Positions 13,438-25,484 are shown, numbered from the stretch's first letter. The stretch: 64,000 bases of DNA from Eledone cirrhosa (GCA_964016885.1 OZ024741.1:104346001-104410000); one strand, 5' to 3'. Notes: generated from the letters alone by a model not told the origin. Made by a program: numbers and translations.

Positions 13438-14926
13438 ATCATCATCATCATCATTTTACGTCCGCTTTTCCCTGCTTGCAAGGGTGGGACGGGTCTTATT
13501 CAGCACAGCATCTCTCCACTCGTCACGGTCCTTCGTCATCTCCACCGTGAGCTTCAACGATCTGAGGTCTGTTCTCACCACCTCCGCCCATGTTTTTCAT
13601 GGTCTACCTCTACCACGTCTTCCTTCAACTGGCATTTTCTGGCACTTCTTCACCCATCGGTCATCCTCCATGCGCATCACCGTCCATACCACCTCAGTCT
13701 CCTCTCCCGTACACTACATTCTATCCCTCTCAGACATAGTTTCTCTCTCAACACATTCATGATGGGTCGTTCACGCACATTTACACTGCACATCCAACGG
13801 AGCATGCTTGCATCATTTCCCTCCAGCCGTCGCATATCCTCTGCAGTTGCTGCCCATATCTCACTACCATGCAGCATCGCGCTCCTCACACAGGCATCAT
13901 ACAACCGGCCTTTCGTACGCAGGGAGAAACCCTTCTTCGTCAGCAGAGGAAGCAGCTCCCTAAACTTCTTCCAACCCGTCCTTATTCTAGATACTATGGC
14001 CTCGGAACACCCTCCTCCCATGCTAATCTGATCTCCTAGGTACCGGAAGCTATCCACCACTTCTATAGCGCCCTCCTGCATTTGAAAAATGTGTCTATCA
14101 ATGCGACTTCTACCGTCTAATTTCCCTGTACATCTACTGCATACATATTTCTCCCTACCTGTTAGTTTTCCTGCTCTCCCGCTACATCTCTTGTGTACCC
14201 ATGATCTGCATTGTGTGCATTTTATAGAATTTATACCAGTTCCTTTTCTGCATATCGAACATGGCCATTTCCCTGACGGAATCAGAGTTTTGTCCTCTTT
14301 TCTACTCATCAACACTTTTGTCTTAGCTAGGTTCACTCTCAGTCCTCTTGCTTCCAACTGCTGTTTCCATAGCCAGAATTTATTCTCTAGCTCCTCTACT
14401 GATTCTGCTATAAGAACCAGATCGTCAGCTAGAGAAGTTCCCATGGACAGCCAGTCTTAAACTCCTCTGTTATGGCTTGGAGGACTATAATGAACAAGAG
14501 CAGGCTGAGGACCGAACCTTGATGTACTCCTACTTGTATCTGGAATTCCTCACTAAACTCCATTCCTACCCTGACTTTACTGAGAGTACCTCTGTACAAA
14601 GTTTGCACTGTCCTCACAAGCCATTCCTCAACACCTAGCTTCCTTAGGGACCACCAGATGACAGATCGGGGTACCCTATCAAAGGCCTTCTCTAGGTCAA
14701 CAAAGGCTAAGTATAGTGGCTTATTTTTCTCTAAGAACCTCTCTTGCAATTGTCTCACCAAGAAGAGGGCATCTGTTGTACTTTTCCCAGGCACAAAACC
14801 AAACTGCATCTCATCTAGTTTGACCCTTTCTCTAATTAGTTGTGCTAATATCCTTTCTGCCACTTTCATAACCTGATCCATCAGTTTTATCCCCCTATAA
14901 TTGCTCCTCTCCAGAGCATCCCCTTT
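13438..14926 (-). mobile_element. 5'-truncated RTE LINE (short-3'UTR type), RT+PHD+C-terminus, frameshifted at YADD
   Basis: ORFs 14429-14977 and 13677-14444: NYRGIKL, QFGF, FVDLEKAFDRVP, GVHQGSVLS, ADD, YLG, LRWYG; (GAT)n tail. Confidence 0.95.
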
Positions 14927-14927
14927 A

Positions 14928-14974
<47 letters not shown>

Positions 14975-15369
14975 CAAGCCAGAACATATAAAATCGTACA
15001 GCGAATTTTTTAAAATTTATTTAAAAACTTTTTCTCTATTTGCTAGACCTCGATTTTATATGTTCTGGCTTGTTAATTTATTAACCCGCCATAGAACCAC
15101 ATTGGCATACGGTTGGATAATACTTGTTTCCCTATATGTATTTTTTACACGTAGGAATTCATACTTTATTATTATTGATCTCCCCCTAAGGCAAAGATAA
15201 AATTTTGGCCGTTTGGACTGCTGCTATTTCTAGTGGCAGGACATTGACCTGTCCATCCTGCCTTTTGTCTTTGCACACGGCACCAGACAGAATTATTTCT
15301 TTCATCATCCGCTCTCATTTGGGAATGGTTTTGTATGGCGTCAGTTTGTGATTTGAACTCGGGAAAATT

Positions 15370-16932
15370 TGTCACGGTCCTTTGTCATCTCCACTGTGAG
15401 CTTCAGCGATCTAAGGTCTGTTCTCATCACCTCCGCCCATGCTTTTCGTGGTCTTCCTCTACTATGTTTTCCTTCAACTGGCATTTCTTGGCACTTCTTC
15501 ACCCATCGGTCATCAATCATGCGCATCACATGTCCATACCATCGCAGTCTCCTCTCCCGCACACTACAATTTATCCCTCTGACACAGTTTCTCTCTCAAC
15601 ACATCCATGCTCGGTCGTTCACACACATTGCCATTGCACATCCAACAGGGCATGCTTGCCTTATTTCTCTCCAGCCGTCGCATATCCTCTGCAGTTGCTG
15701 CCCATATCTCACTACCATGCAGCATCGCACACCTCACACAGGCATCATATAAATGGCCTTTCGTACGCAGAGAGAAACCCTTCTTCGTCAGCAGAGGAAG
15801 CCGCTCCCTAAACTTCTTCCAACCTGTCCTTATTCTAGATACTATGGCCTCGATCCCCTCCCCCCTCCCATGCTAATCTGATCACCTAAGTACCGGAAGC
15901 TATCAACCACTTCTATAGAACCCACCTGCTTTGGAAAAATGTGTCTATCAATGCGACTTCTACTGTCAAATTTCCCTGTACATCTACTGCATATGTATTT
16001 CTCCCTACCTGTTAGTTTGCCTGCTATCCCACTAGATCTCTTGTATATCGAAGATCTGCATTGTGTACATTTTATAGAATTTATGCCAGTTCCTTTTCTG
16101 CATATCGAACATGGCCATTTCCTTGATGGAATCAGAGTTTTGCCATCTTTTCTACTCAACACTTTTTTGTCTTAGCTAGGTTCACTCTCAGTCCTCTTGC
16201 TTCCAACTGCTGTTTCCATAGCCAGAATTTATTCTCTAGCTCCTCTACTGATTCTGCTATAAGAACCAGATCGTCAGCATAGAGAAGTTCCCATGGGCAG
16301 CCAGTCTTAAACTCCTCTGTTATATCTTGGATGAACAAGAGCGGGCTGAGGACCGAACCCTGATGTACACCTACTTGTATCTGGAATTCCTCACTAAACT
16401 CCATTCCTACCCTCACTTTACTGACAGCACCTCTGTACAAAGCTTGCACTGTCCTCACAAGCCATTCCTCAACACCTAGTTTCCTTAGGGACCACCAGAT
16501 GACAGATCTGGGTACCCTATCAAAGGCCTTCTCTAGGTCAATAAAAGCTAAGTATAGTGGCTTATTCGTCTCTAAGAACCTCTTTTGTAATTGTCTCACT
16601 AAGAAGAGGGCATCTGTTGTACTTTTCCCAGGCACAAAACCAAACTGCATCTCATCTAATTTGACCCTTTCTCTAATTAGTTGTGCTAATATCCTTTCAT
16701 CCACTTTCATAACATGATCCATTAGTCTTATACCCCTATAATTGCTCCTCTCCAGAGCATCCCCTTTACCTTTGTAGCAATTTATGAGAATATTGCTCCA
16801 CCAGTCTTTGGGTATGACACTGCCATATATATATAGCCTAATTGATGATGCATGCAACCAGTTTAGTAGCTACGTCCCCTGATACCTTCAGCATCTCAGC
16901 AAATATCCCCGACGGTCCAGCGGCCTTACCGC
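15370..16932 (-). mobile_element. Second closely related 5'-truncated RTE LINE
   Basis: ORFs 16156-16857, 15842-16162 and 15341-15562 with LYADD, PHD and GRPRK; near-duplicate of 13438-14926. Confidence 0.95.
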
Positions 16933-16968
<36 letters not shown>

Positions 16969-17057
16969 AACATGAATGGACCTATTATTTTTATCTAAAG
17001 ACATTTTTTCCAATTCCATCCCGCCCATCCCCTCAATCTATTTTATTTCTCATTCTT

Positions 17058-17093
17058 TCTTCTGATGAAGGACTAGTGTCCGAAACGTTAAGA
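17058..17093 (+). ncRNA. Minimal (Penelope-type) hammerhead ribozyme motif
   Basis: UCUU-CUGAUGA-A-GGAC(UAGU)GUCC-GAAAC-GUU-AAGA: catalytic core, 4-bp stem II, 4-bp stem I, loop-less palindromic stem III. Confidence 0.6.
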
Positions 17094-17276
17094 TTCTCTT
17101 CCTGCTATATCAAGCGTTAACCTAACATATACCTTCCATATACTGTACCGATTGTGTTGTTATTTCTGTTTACCTTTTACATTCATATATGAGAGAGAGA
17201 GAGAGAGAATGTGTATATATATATAGATAGAGATAGAGAGAGAGAATGTGTGTGTATATATATATATATATATATA

Positions 17277-17310
<34 letters not shown>

Positions 17311-17337
17311 ATTCACCCTCTCTCTATATGTATATAT

Positions 17338-17514
17338 ATCATCATCATCAACGTTTAACGTCCGTGTTCCACGCTTGCATGGGTTTGGACGGGGGTAGTC
17401 CCACTTGAGGCAAGAGTGATTGTCTTGCTCGCATAGGACTGTCTGGCAGGTTTTCTACAGTTGGATGCCCTTCCTAACACCAACCACATTTACAGTGTGG
17501 GACTGGGAGGTTTT
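17338..17514 (-). mobile_element. Isolated RTE 3'-end fragment
   Basis: Almost identical to 22771-22953; (GAT)n tail. Confidence 0.85.
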
Positions 17515-17535
17515 TATATATATACATACATACAT

Positions 17536-17903
17536 GGTGGCTGCCAACTCGTTTTTGAGTACGGCCAATACTTTATATCCATGTAGGAGAACCCCTACCG
17601 ATGCGCTGAATGTGTGTGACTTTTTAGTCCAGCCAGCGACTTGAAAACTCTGGTACAAACACTTCACTTGTGACAATTATTGACACATAGTGCTGGGCCC
17701 ATGTGACAAGTGTAGAGAGATCTCCAGATATAAAGTAATGCCTGTGCCGTGAAGCTTTTATAGTGAGCAAAGGCACTGCACAAAGCCAGTCCCACTCTCT
17801 TAACCAAGATGATATTTACCAAAAAGAAGAACAAGTCAACATCATTGGATACCATCAGGGTTGCAGGTGTTATATCAGAGTTTTCCTTCTAGAATTCTGC
17901 CTT
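17536..17903 (-). mobile_element. Short non-autonomous RTE-derived element with a C2H2 zinc-finger remnant (copy 1)
   Basis: Inverted homolog of 57736-58133; flanked by TA-rich microsatellites. Confidence 0.7.
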
Positions 17904-18062
17904 TACATACATACATACATACTCTCTCTATATATACATACATACATTCTCTATATATATAAATGTATATATATATACATTCTCTCTCCCTATACATACA
18001 TTCACTCTCTCTATATATATATTCATACATACATTCACTCTCTATATATACATATATATATA

Positions 18063-18498
18063 CACTCTCTCTATCATAGACGTCGCTCTCTCAATCTCTC
18101 TCTCACTCCCTACTCGCACCAAATATAAATAAGCCTGTTACGAGGGACAAAACTCAGAATTTGTCAACTCTTATTAATGGTCAGTCCGCTTCTACGAAAT
18201 GTAACGTATAAATAACATTTTCTTCTTGCCTCCCCACCCTTCGGTTCATTCATCCATATATCTATAATTGCCCAGAATCCAAATCCTACTTCATAATTGC
18301 TATTCTATAATTCTGTCTCACTGTTCTAAAAAATCTTCTCGCTACCATTTTGGCTGAAAATTTTTCCAGGATTCATAAAAATGGCTTCTCTCTCTCTCGG
18401 CCCTCTAAAATCGCGAACACTCCCACTCTCTCTATCATATACGTCGCTCTCTCAATCTCTCTCTCACTCCCTCCTCGCACCAAATATAAATAAGCCTG
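18063..18498. repeat. ~75-bp direct repeat pair (18063-18137 and 18424-18498) flanking ~290 bp
   Basis: cactctctctatcata.acgtcgctctctcaatctctctctcactccct.ctcgcaccaaatataaataagcctg occurs twice. Confidence 0.85.
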
Positions 18499-18649
18499 CT
18501 CCTCGCTAACTACCGCCCCCACTCTCCACCTTTATTATTTGGACCAATCACAAGTCAACGGCCTATGCTATCACTTCTGGTTGCTTTTCGATATGATGGA
18601 TGGACTAAGGAATTTCTGGAAAGTCTGAAGAATCTGGACACTTGAAGAC

Positions 18650-21600
18650 AAATGCCAAAGATAACGACATTCACCTCATGCTGCCGGATGAAAGGGCAAG
18701 GCCCCCTCCTCTTTGTTGCGGCCGTGGATGGCCAACATAACCCCAACTCCATCCCCCTCACCCCTCCCTGCGCCCCACCCACCAAACGCAATCCAAAACT
18801 TCAGAGTTGGTACCATGAATGTAGGCACCTTAAAAGGTTGCTCTAACGAGGTTGTAGAAATGCTTGAACGTAAGGAGGTTGATGTTTGCTGTATCCAAGA
18901 GACCAGGTGGAGGGGCGGGTCTGCTAGATTCATTGTGGGTAAAAAACGATGCTATAAGCTTTTTTGGGTGGGAAATGGCAATGGGCTGGGTGGGGTAGGA
19001 ATCATATTAGCAGAAAAATGGGTGGATAAGATAATAGACGTAAATAGAGTGAACGATAGAATAATTAAAATAAGACTTGTCCTCAATAGAACTACTGTGA
19101 CAGTAATATCTGCATACGCACCCGAATCCGGACTGCCTGGCGCTATAAAAGACAGATTCTATGAGACACTGATGCTCACTACCTCCCAAATAACCGACAG
19201 TGACTATATAATTATTGCTGACAACCTAAATGGTCACGTGGAGGCTATGGGTTTGGTACTAGAAATGAGGAAGGCTCCAGAATCCTGGAATTCTGTGACG
19301 CAAATAACCTAACTATCTGTAACACTAACTTCAAAAAACGAGACAATCACTTGATCACCTATAGATCGGGCGAACACACCAGCCTGGTAGATTATATCCT
19401 TACCAGAAGACGTGACAGAGTGTCTGTTGTAAACACTAAATCCCACCCCCATGAAGAATGCACCTCTCAACATACTCATAATTAACGACCTAATAGTCAG
19501 GACGAGACGCACTCGACAACAGAAGAGGACTAGCCTCGGGAGAAAAATATGGAAGCTAAAGGACCCCACAGCCAGTAATAAATTTAAAAGCATATTACTT
19601 GATGCTTTCGACAGTAAGGAAGAGCAATTAGAGTCGTACAATATAGAGGAACAGTGGGAATTCCTGAAAGCTAACCTGCTGAAGGGGGCAGATGATGTCT
19701 GTGGCTGGAGCAGGCATGAGGAGAGTAACGTGGTGGTGGAACAGTAAGGTGGAGGAGTCAATTAAGGCCAAAAAGCAGGCTTGGAAAGTATGGGGGAAGT
19801 AGAGAAGACTATCAAGTGGCCAGGAGGGAAGCTAGGAGACAAGTGTACTTCGCAAGAAGGGAAGCAGAGGAAAGAAAGTTCAAGCATTTTCTACAACGCG
19901 AGGACCAAAAGCGTGAGGTGTTCAGGATTGTTAGGCAATGTGTCAAGGAAAACCGTGATATTGTCGGGGAGAAGTGTGTCCTTAATGATGATGGTGTACT
20001 TGCCATCACTGACGCTGATAAGAAGGTAGCTTGGAAGTGTCACTACGAAAGGCTACTAAATGAGGAGAATAAATGGGAGAAAGACAGTCTCTCCCACATC
20101 AATCCAATAGAGGGACCAGCAGTGTTAGTCGAAGGTAGTATAATAAGTAAGGCAATCAAAGATATGAAGACGGGCAAGGCGGCTGGGCCTTCGGAAATAG
20201 TTGCTGAAATGCTGAAAGCTTCTGGAACGGTGGGACACACTATGGTCACCCGGATAGTAAACCAAGTCATACAGAATGGGGTTGTTCCGAAGGACTGGCG
20301 TAGCAGCATCAAAATATTAACTGCTACAAGGGTAAAGGAGATGCCCTAGATAGGGGTAACTATAGACGCATTAAATTAATCGACCAGGTCATGAAGGTCA
20401 CAGAAAAAGTAATAGCGCAACTAATCGGAGAGCGAATTGATCTAGATGAAATGTAGTTCGGGTTTGTGTCAGGTAAAAGTACCACAAACGCTCTTTTCAT
20501 TGTACGACAACTGCAGGAGAAGTACCTAGCTAAAAGTAAACCCCTATACTTAGCTTTTGTCGACTTGGAGAAAGCCTTTGACAGTCCCCCGTTCCATTAT
20601 CTGGTGGACTCTTAGAAAACTAGGTGTTGATGAATGGCTTGTGAGAGCTATACAAGCCATGTATGAAGAAACAGTCACCAAGGTTAGAATTAACAATAAA
20701 TATAGTGAAGAGTTTAGCGTAAAAGTTGGTGTTCATCAGGGCTCTGTTCTTAGCCCCCAACTATTTATTATTGCCCTTCAGGCTATAACAGATGAGTTCA
20801 AGACCGGCTGCCCATGGGAACTCCTATCCACAGATGATCTAACGCTCATAGCTGAATCAATGGCTGAGCTAGAGAAGAAATTCCAAACATGGAAGCATGG
20901 CCTAGAATCAAAAGGCTTTAAAATTAACCTGGCTAAGACTAAAGTTCTAGTTTGTAGGAAGGAAAATAAGGCACCAGTCCCTTCCGGGAAATGGCCATGC
21001 TCAGTGTGTAGGAAAGGAGTAGGTAGAAACTCCATTTTATGTCCCAAATGTAAAGTATGGGTGCATAAAAGATGTAGTGGGATCACAGGTAAGCTAACTA
21101 AGAACATCAATTTTATATGTGGCCGGTGCTCTGGTGCAAAAAGTAGCAGCAAGTGCCCACAGAATACTAGCTCTTTCAATTGCACAGATGGTTCTATAGA
21201 AATAGTTGGCACCTTCCGTTACTTGGGTGACAAAATCAGCAGTTGTGGAGGGTGCTCTGAAAGTACAGTAGCTAGAGTCAGAACTGGATGGAAAAAGTTC
21301 AGAGAGCCTATACCACTATTAGCCGCTAAAGGGTTCTCTCTAAAAATGAAAGGCAGGCTGTATGATGCCTGCATACGAACAGCAATGTTGCATGGCAGTG
21401 AGACCTGGGCATTGTGTGCAGAGGATATACACAGACTGGAGAGGAACAAAGCTTGCATGCTCCGCTGGATGTGTAATAGTAATAGACCTGAATGGCAAAG
21501 CATAAATGAACTAAGGGAAACATTAGGAATAAGAGGGATCAGATGTTGTTTACTCGAGAGAAGACTACGTTGGTATGGTCACGTGATTTCGCATGAAAGA

Positions 21601-22155
21601 CGACAGCTGTATAAAAAAGTGCAGGACAATAAAAATAGATGGTAGCCACGGAGTAGGCAGACCCAGAAAAACCTGGGACAACTTGATAAATTCCGACCTC
21701 ACACACTTACACCTCTCCAAGACAATGTCACTGGACCGAGATCTTTGGCGCTACACAGTTATACAGAAGACCCGCCTTGCCTAAGTACAAAGCAAAACCT
21801 ACAGTCAGTAGGCACCTCTAACAAAAATACACCCCCGTCCCATCAACACCACCCCTTTCAATGTAAAATTATGTTGGTACCACAACATCCAGTCCGAAAC
21901 AAATGAGGTCATGTAGGTGTCACGACAGAAAAAAAAAAACACACAGTCCAAGCTGTAATGTGGCCGTGTAGGTAACGCGGTAAAAACCTCCTAGTTCTAC
22001 ACTGTAAATGTGGTTGGTGTTAGGAAGGGCATCCAGCCGTAGAAAACCCACCAGACAGTCCTATGCGAGCAAGACAACAAATCTTGCCTCAAGTGGGGAA
22101 AACTCCCGTCCAAACCCATGCTAGCGTGGAAGATGGACGTTAAACGATGATGATG
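18650..22155 (+). mobile_element. Near full-length RTE LINE (APE endonuclease + RT + PHD), with several frameshifts/stops, long-3'UTR type
   Basis: VGTMNVGTL, CIQETRW, GVGIIL, SAYAP, VDYIL (APE); GKAAGP, GVHQGSVLSP, KTK, PHD, YLG, HGSETW, LRWYGHV, GRPRKTW; ends ggacgttaaacgatgatgatga. Confidence 0.95.
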
Positions 22156-22161
22156 AGAGAG

Positions 22162-22223
<62 letters not shown>

Positions 22224-22590
22224 TATATATATATATATCTATAGAGAGAGAGAGTATATATATATATATATCTATAGAGAGAGAGAGAGAGTATATATAT
22301 ATATATATCTATAGAGAGAGAGAGAGAGTATATATATATATATATCTATAGAGAGAGAGAGAGTATATATATATATATATCTATAGAGAGAGAGAGAGAG
22401 TATATATATATATCTATAGAGAGAGAGAGAGAGAGTATATATATATATCTATAGAGAGAGAGAGAGTATATATATATATCTATAGAGAGAGAGAGAGTAT
22501 ATATATATATCTATAGAGAGAGAGAGAGTATATATATATATCTATAGAGAGAGAGAGAGTATATATATATATCTATAGAGAGAGAGAGAG

Positions 22591-22625
<35 letters not shown>

Positions 22626-22770
22626 TATATATATATATAGAGAGAGTATATATATATATAGAGAGAGAGAGTATATATATATAGAGAGAGAGAGAGTATA
22701 TATATATATATATAGAGAGAGAGTATATATATATAGAGAGAGAGTATATATATATATATAGAGAGAGAGT
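22156..22770. repeat. Compound (GA)n(TA)n microsatellite array
   Basis: Directly visible. Confidence 0.98.
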
Positions 22771-24660
22771 ATCATCATCATCATCATCAACGTTTAACGT
22801 CCGTGTTCCACGCTTGCATGGGTTTGGACGGGGGTAGTCCCACTTGAGGCAAGAGTGATCGTCTTGCTCGCATAGGACTGTCTGGCAGGTTTTCTACAGT
22901 TGGATGCCCTTCCTAACACCAACCACATTTACAGTGTGGGTCTGGGAGGTTTTTACCGTGTTGCCTACACGGCCACATTACAGCGTGGACTGTGTGTTTT
23001 TTTGTCGTGACACCTACACGATCTCATTTGTTTCGGCCTCGATGGCGCGGCACCAACATAACTTTACATAGAACGGGGTGGTGTGGATGGGGTGGGGGCG
23101 GGGGTGGTGGGACGGGGTGTATTTTGTTAGAGATGCCTACTGGCTGGAGTAGGTTTTACTATATATTTAGGTAAGGCGGGTCTTCTCTGTTACTGAGTAC
23201 CGCCAAAGGTCTCGGTCCAGTGACATTGTCTTGGAGAGGTGTAAGTGTGTGATGTCGGAGTTTATCAGCTCGTCCCAGGTTTTTCTAGGTCTGCCTATTC
23301 CGTGACTACCGTCTATCTTTATTGCCCTGCACTTTGTTATACAGCTATCGACTTTCATGCGCATCACGTGTCCATACCAACGTAGCCTTCTCTCGAGTAA
23401 ACAACATCTGATCCCTCTTATCTCTAATTTTTTCCTTAGTTCGTTTATGCTTTGCCGTTCACGTATATTACTGTTACACATCCAGCGGAGCATGCAAGCT
23501 TCGTTCCTCTCTAGTCTGCGTATATCCTCTGCACACAATGCCCAGGTCTCACTGCCATGCAGCATTGCTGTTCGTATGCAGGCATCGTACAACCTGCCTT
23601 TCATTTTTAGTGAGAACCCTTTAGCAGCTAATAGTGGTATAAGCTCTCTGAACTTTTTCCAACCAGTTCTGACTCTAGCTACAGTACTTTCAGAGCACCC
23701 TCCCCCACTGCTGATTTTATCGCCCAGGTAACGGAAGCTGTCCACTATTTCTATAGAACCCTCTGCGCAATTGAAAGAGCTAGTATTTTGTGGGCACTTG
23801 CTGCTACTTATTGCACCAGAGCACCGGCCACATGTAAAATCTATGTTCTTAGTTAGCTTACCTGTGATCCCACTACATCTTTTATGCACCCATACTTTGC
23901 ATTTAGGACATAAAATGGAGTTTCTACCTACGCCTTTCCTACACACCGAGCACGACCATTTCCCAGAAGGGACCGCCGCCTTGTTTTCTTTCCTACAAAC
24001 TAGTACTTTGGTCTTAGCCAGGTTAATTTTAAGTCCTTTTGACTCTAGGCCGTGCTTCCATGTTTGGAATTTCTTCTCTAGCTCGGCCATTGATTCCGCT
24101 ATGAGTGTCAGGTCGTCTGCGTATAGGAGTTCCCATGGGCAGCCTGTCTTGAACTCCTCTGTTATAGCCTGAAGGGCAATAATAAATAGTAGTGGGCTGA
24201 GAACAGAGCCCTGATGGACGCCAACTTTTACGCTAAACTCTTCACTATATTCGTTGTTAATTCTAACCTTGCTGACTGTTTCTTTATACATGGCTTGTAT
24301 AGCCCTCACAAGCCATTCGTCAACGCCTAGTTTTCTAAGAGCCCACCAGATAATGGAGCGGGGGACTCTGTCGAAGGCTTTCTCCAAGTCGACAAAAGCT
24401 AAGTAGAGGGGTTTACCTTTAGCTAGGTACTTCTCCTGTAGTTGTCGTACTATGAAAAGAGCGTCTGTGGTACTTTTGCCTGACACAAACCCGAACTGCA
24501 TTTCATCTAGGTCAATTCTCTCTCTGATTAGTTGCGCTATTACTTTTTCCGTGACCTTCATGACCTGGTCGATTAATTTAATGCCTCTATAGTTACTCCT
24601 ATCTAGGGCGTCTCCTTTACCCTTATAACAGTTAACGATGATGCTGCTATGCCAGTCCTT
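22771..24660 (-). mobile_element. 5'-truncated RTE LINE with an uninterrupted RT-PHD-C-terminal frame (24660 to 23167)
   Basis: C-terminal half of ORF 23167-26202, from KDWHSSII through LYADD, PHD and YLG to the stop; (GAT)n tail at 22771. Confidence 0.97.
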
Positions 24661-24662
24661 AG

Positions 24663-24697
<35 letters not shown>

Positions 24698-24894
24698 TAT
24701 ATATATATATAGAGAGAGAGAGAGTATATATATATATAGAGAGAGAGAGAGTATATATATATATATAGAGAGAGAGAGTATATATATATATATAGAGAGA
24801 GAGAGAGTATATATATATATAGAGAGAGAGAGAGAGTATATATATATAGAGAGAGGGAGAGAGAGAGTATATATATATATATAGAGAGAGAGAG

Positions 24895-24958
<64 letters not shown>

Positions 24959-25388
24959 TATATATATATATATAGAGAGAGAGAGTATATATATATAGAG
25001 AGAGAGAGAGAGTATATATATATATATATAGAGAGAGTATATATATATATAGAGAAAGAGTATATATATATATAGAGAAAGAGTATATATATATATAGAG
25101 AGAGAGAGAGTATATATATATATATAGATAGAGAGAGAGTATATATATATATAGAGAGAGTATATATATATATATATAAAGAGAGAGAGTATATATATAT
25201 ATAAAGAGAGAGAGTATATATATATATATAGAGAGAGAGTATATATATATATCTATAGAGAGAGAGAGAGAGTATATATATATATCTATAGAGAGAGAGT
25301 ATATATATATATATATAGAGGGAGAGTATATATATATATATAGAGAGAGAGAGGAGTTTATATATATAGAGAGAGAGAGAGAGAGGAG

Positions 25389-25421
<33 letters not shown>

Positions 25422-25445
25422 TATATATATATATATATATAGAGA

Positions 25446-25484
<39 letters not shown>

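Noticed and set aside
13384-14460. Long plus-strand ORFs antisense to RTE copies (also 15335-15876, 23357-24172, 49486-50570)
   Set aside because: Shadow frames of the LINE ORF with no independent protein motifs
18650-22155. Prokaryotic RT system (retron, group II intron, DGR)
   Set aside because: APE endonuclease, RTE-specific motifs, (GAT)n tails and a spliceosomal host gene show these are eukaryotic non-LTR retrotransposons
22156-22790. Regularly spaced array resembling a CRISPR or coding repeat (ORF 22542-22790)
   Set aside because: Pure dinucleotide compound microsatellite with no unique spacers, in a eukaryotic context
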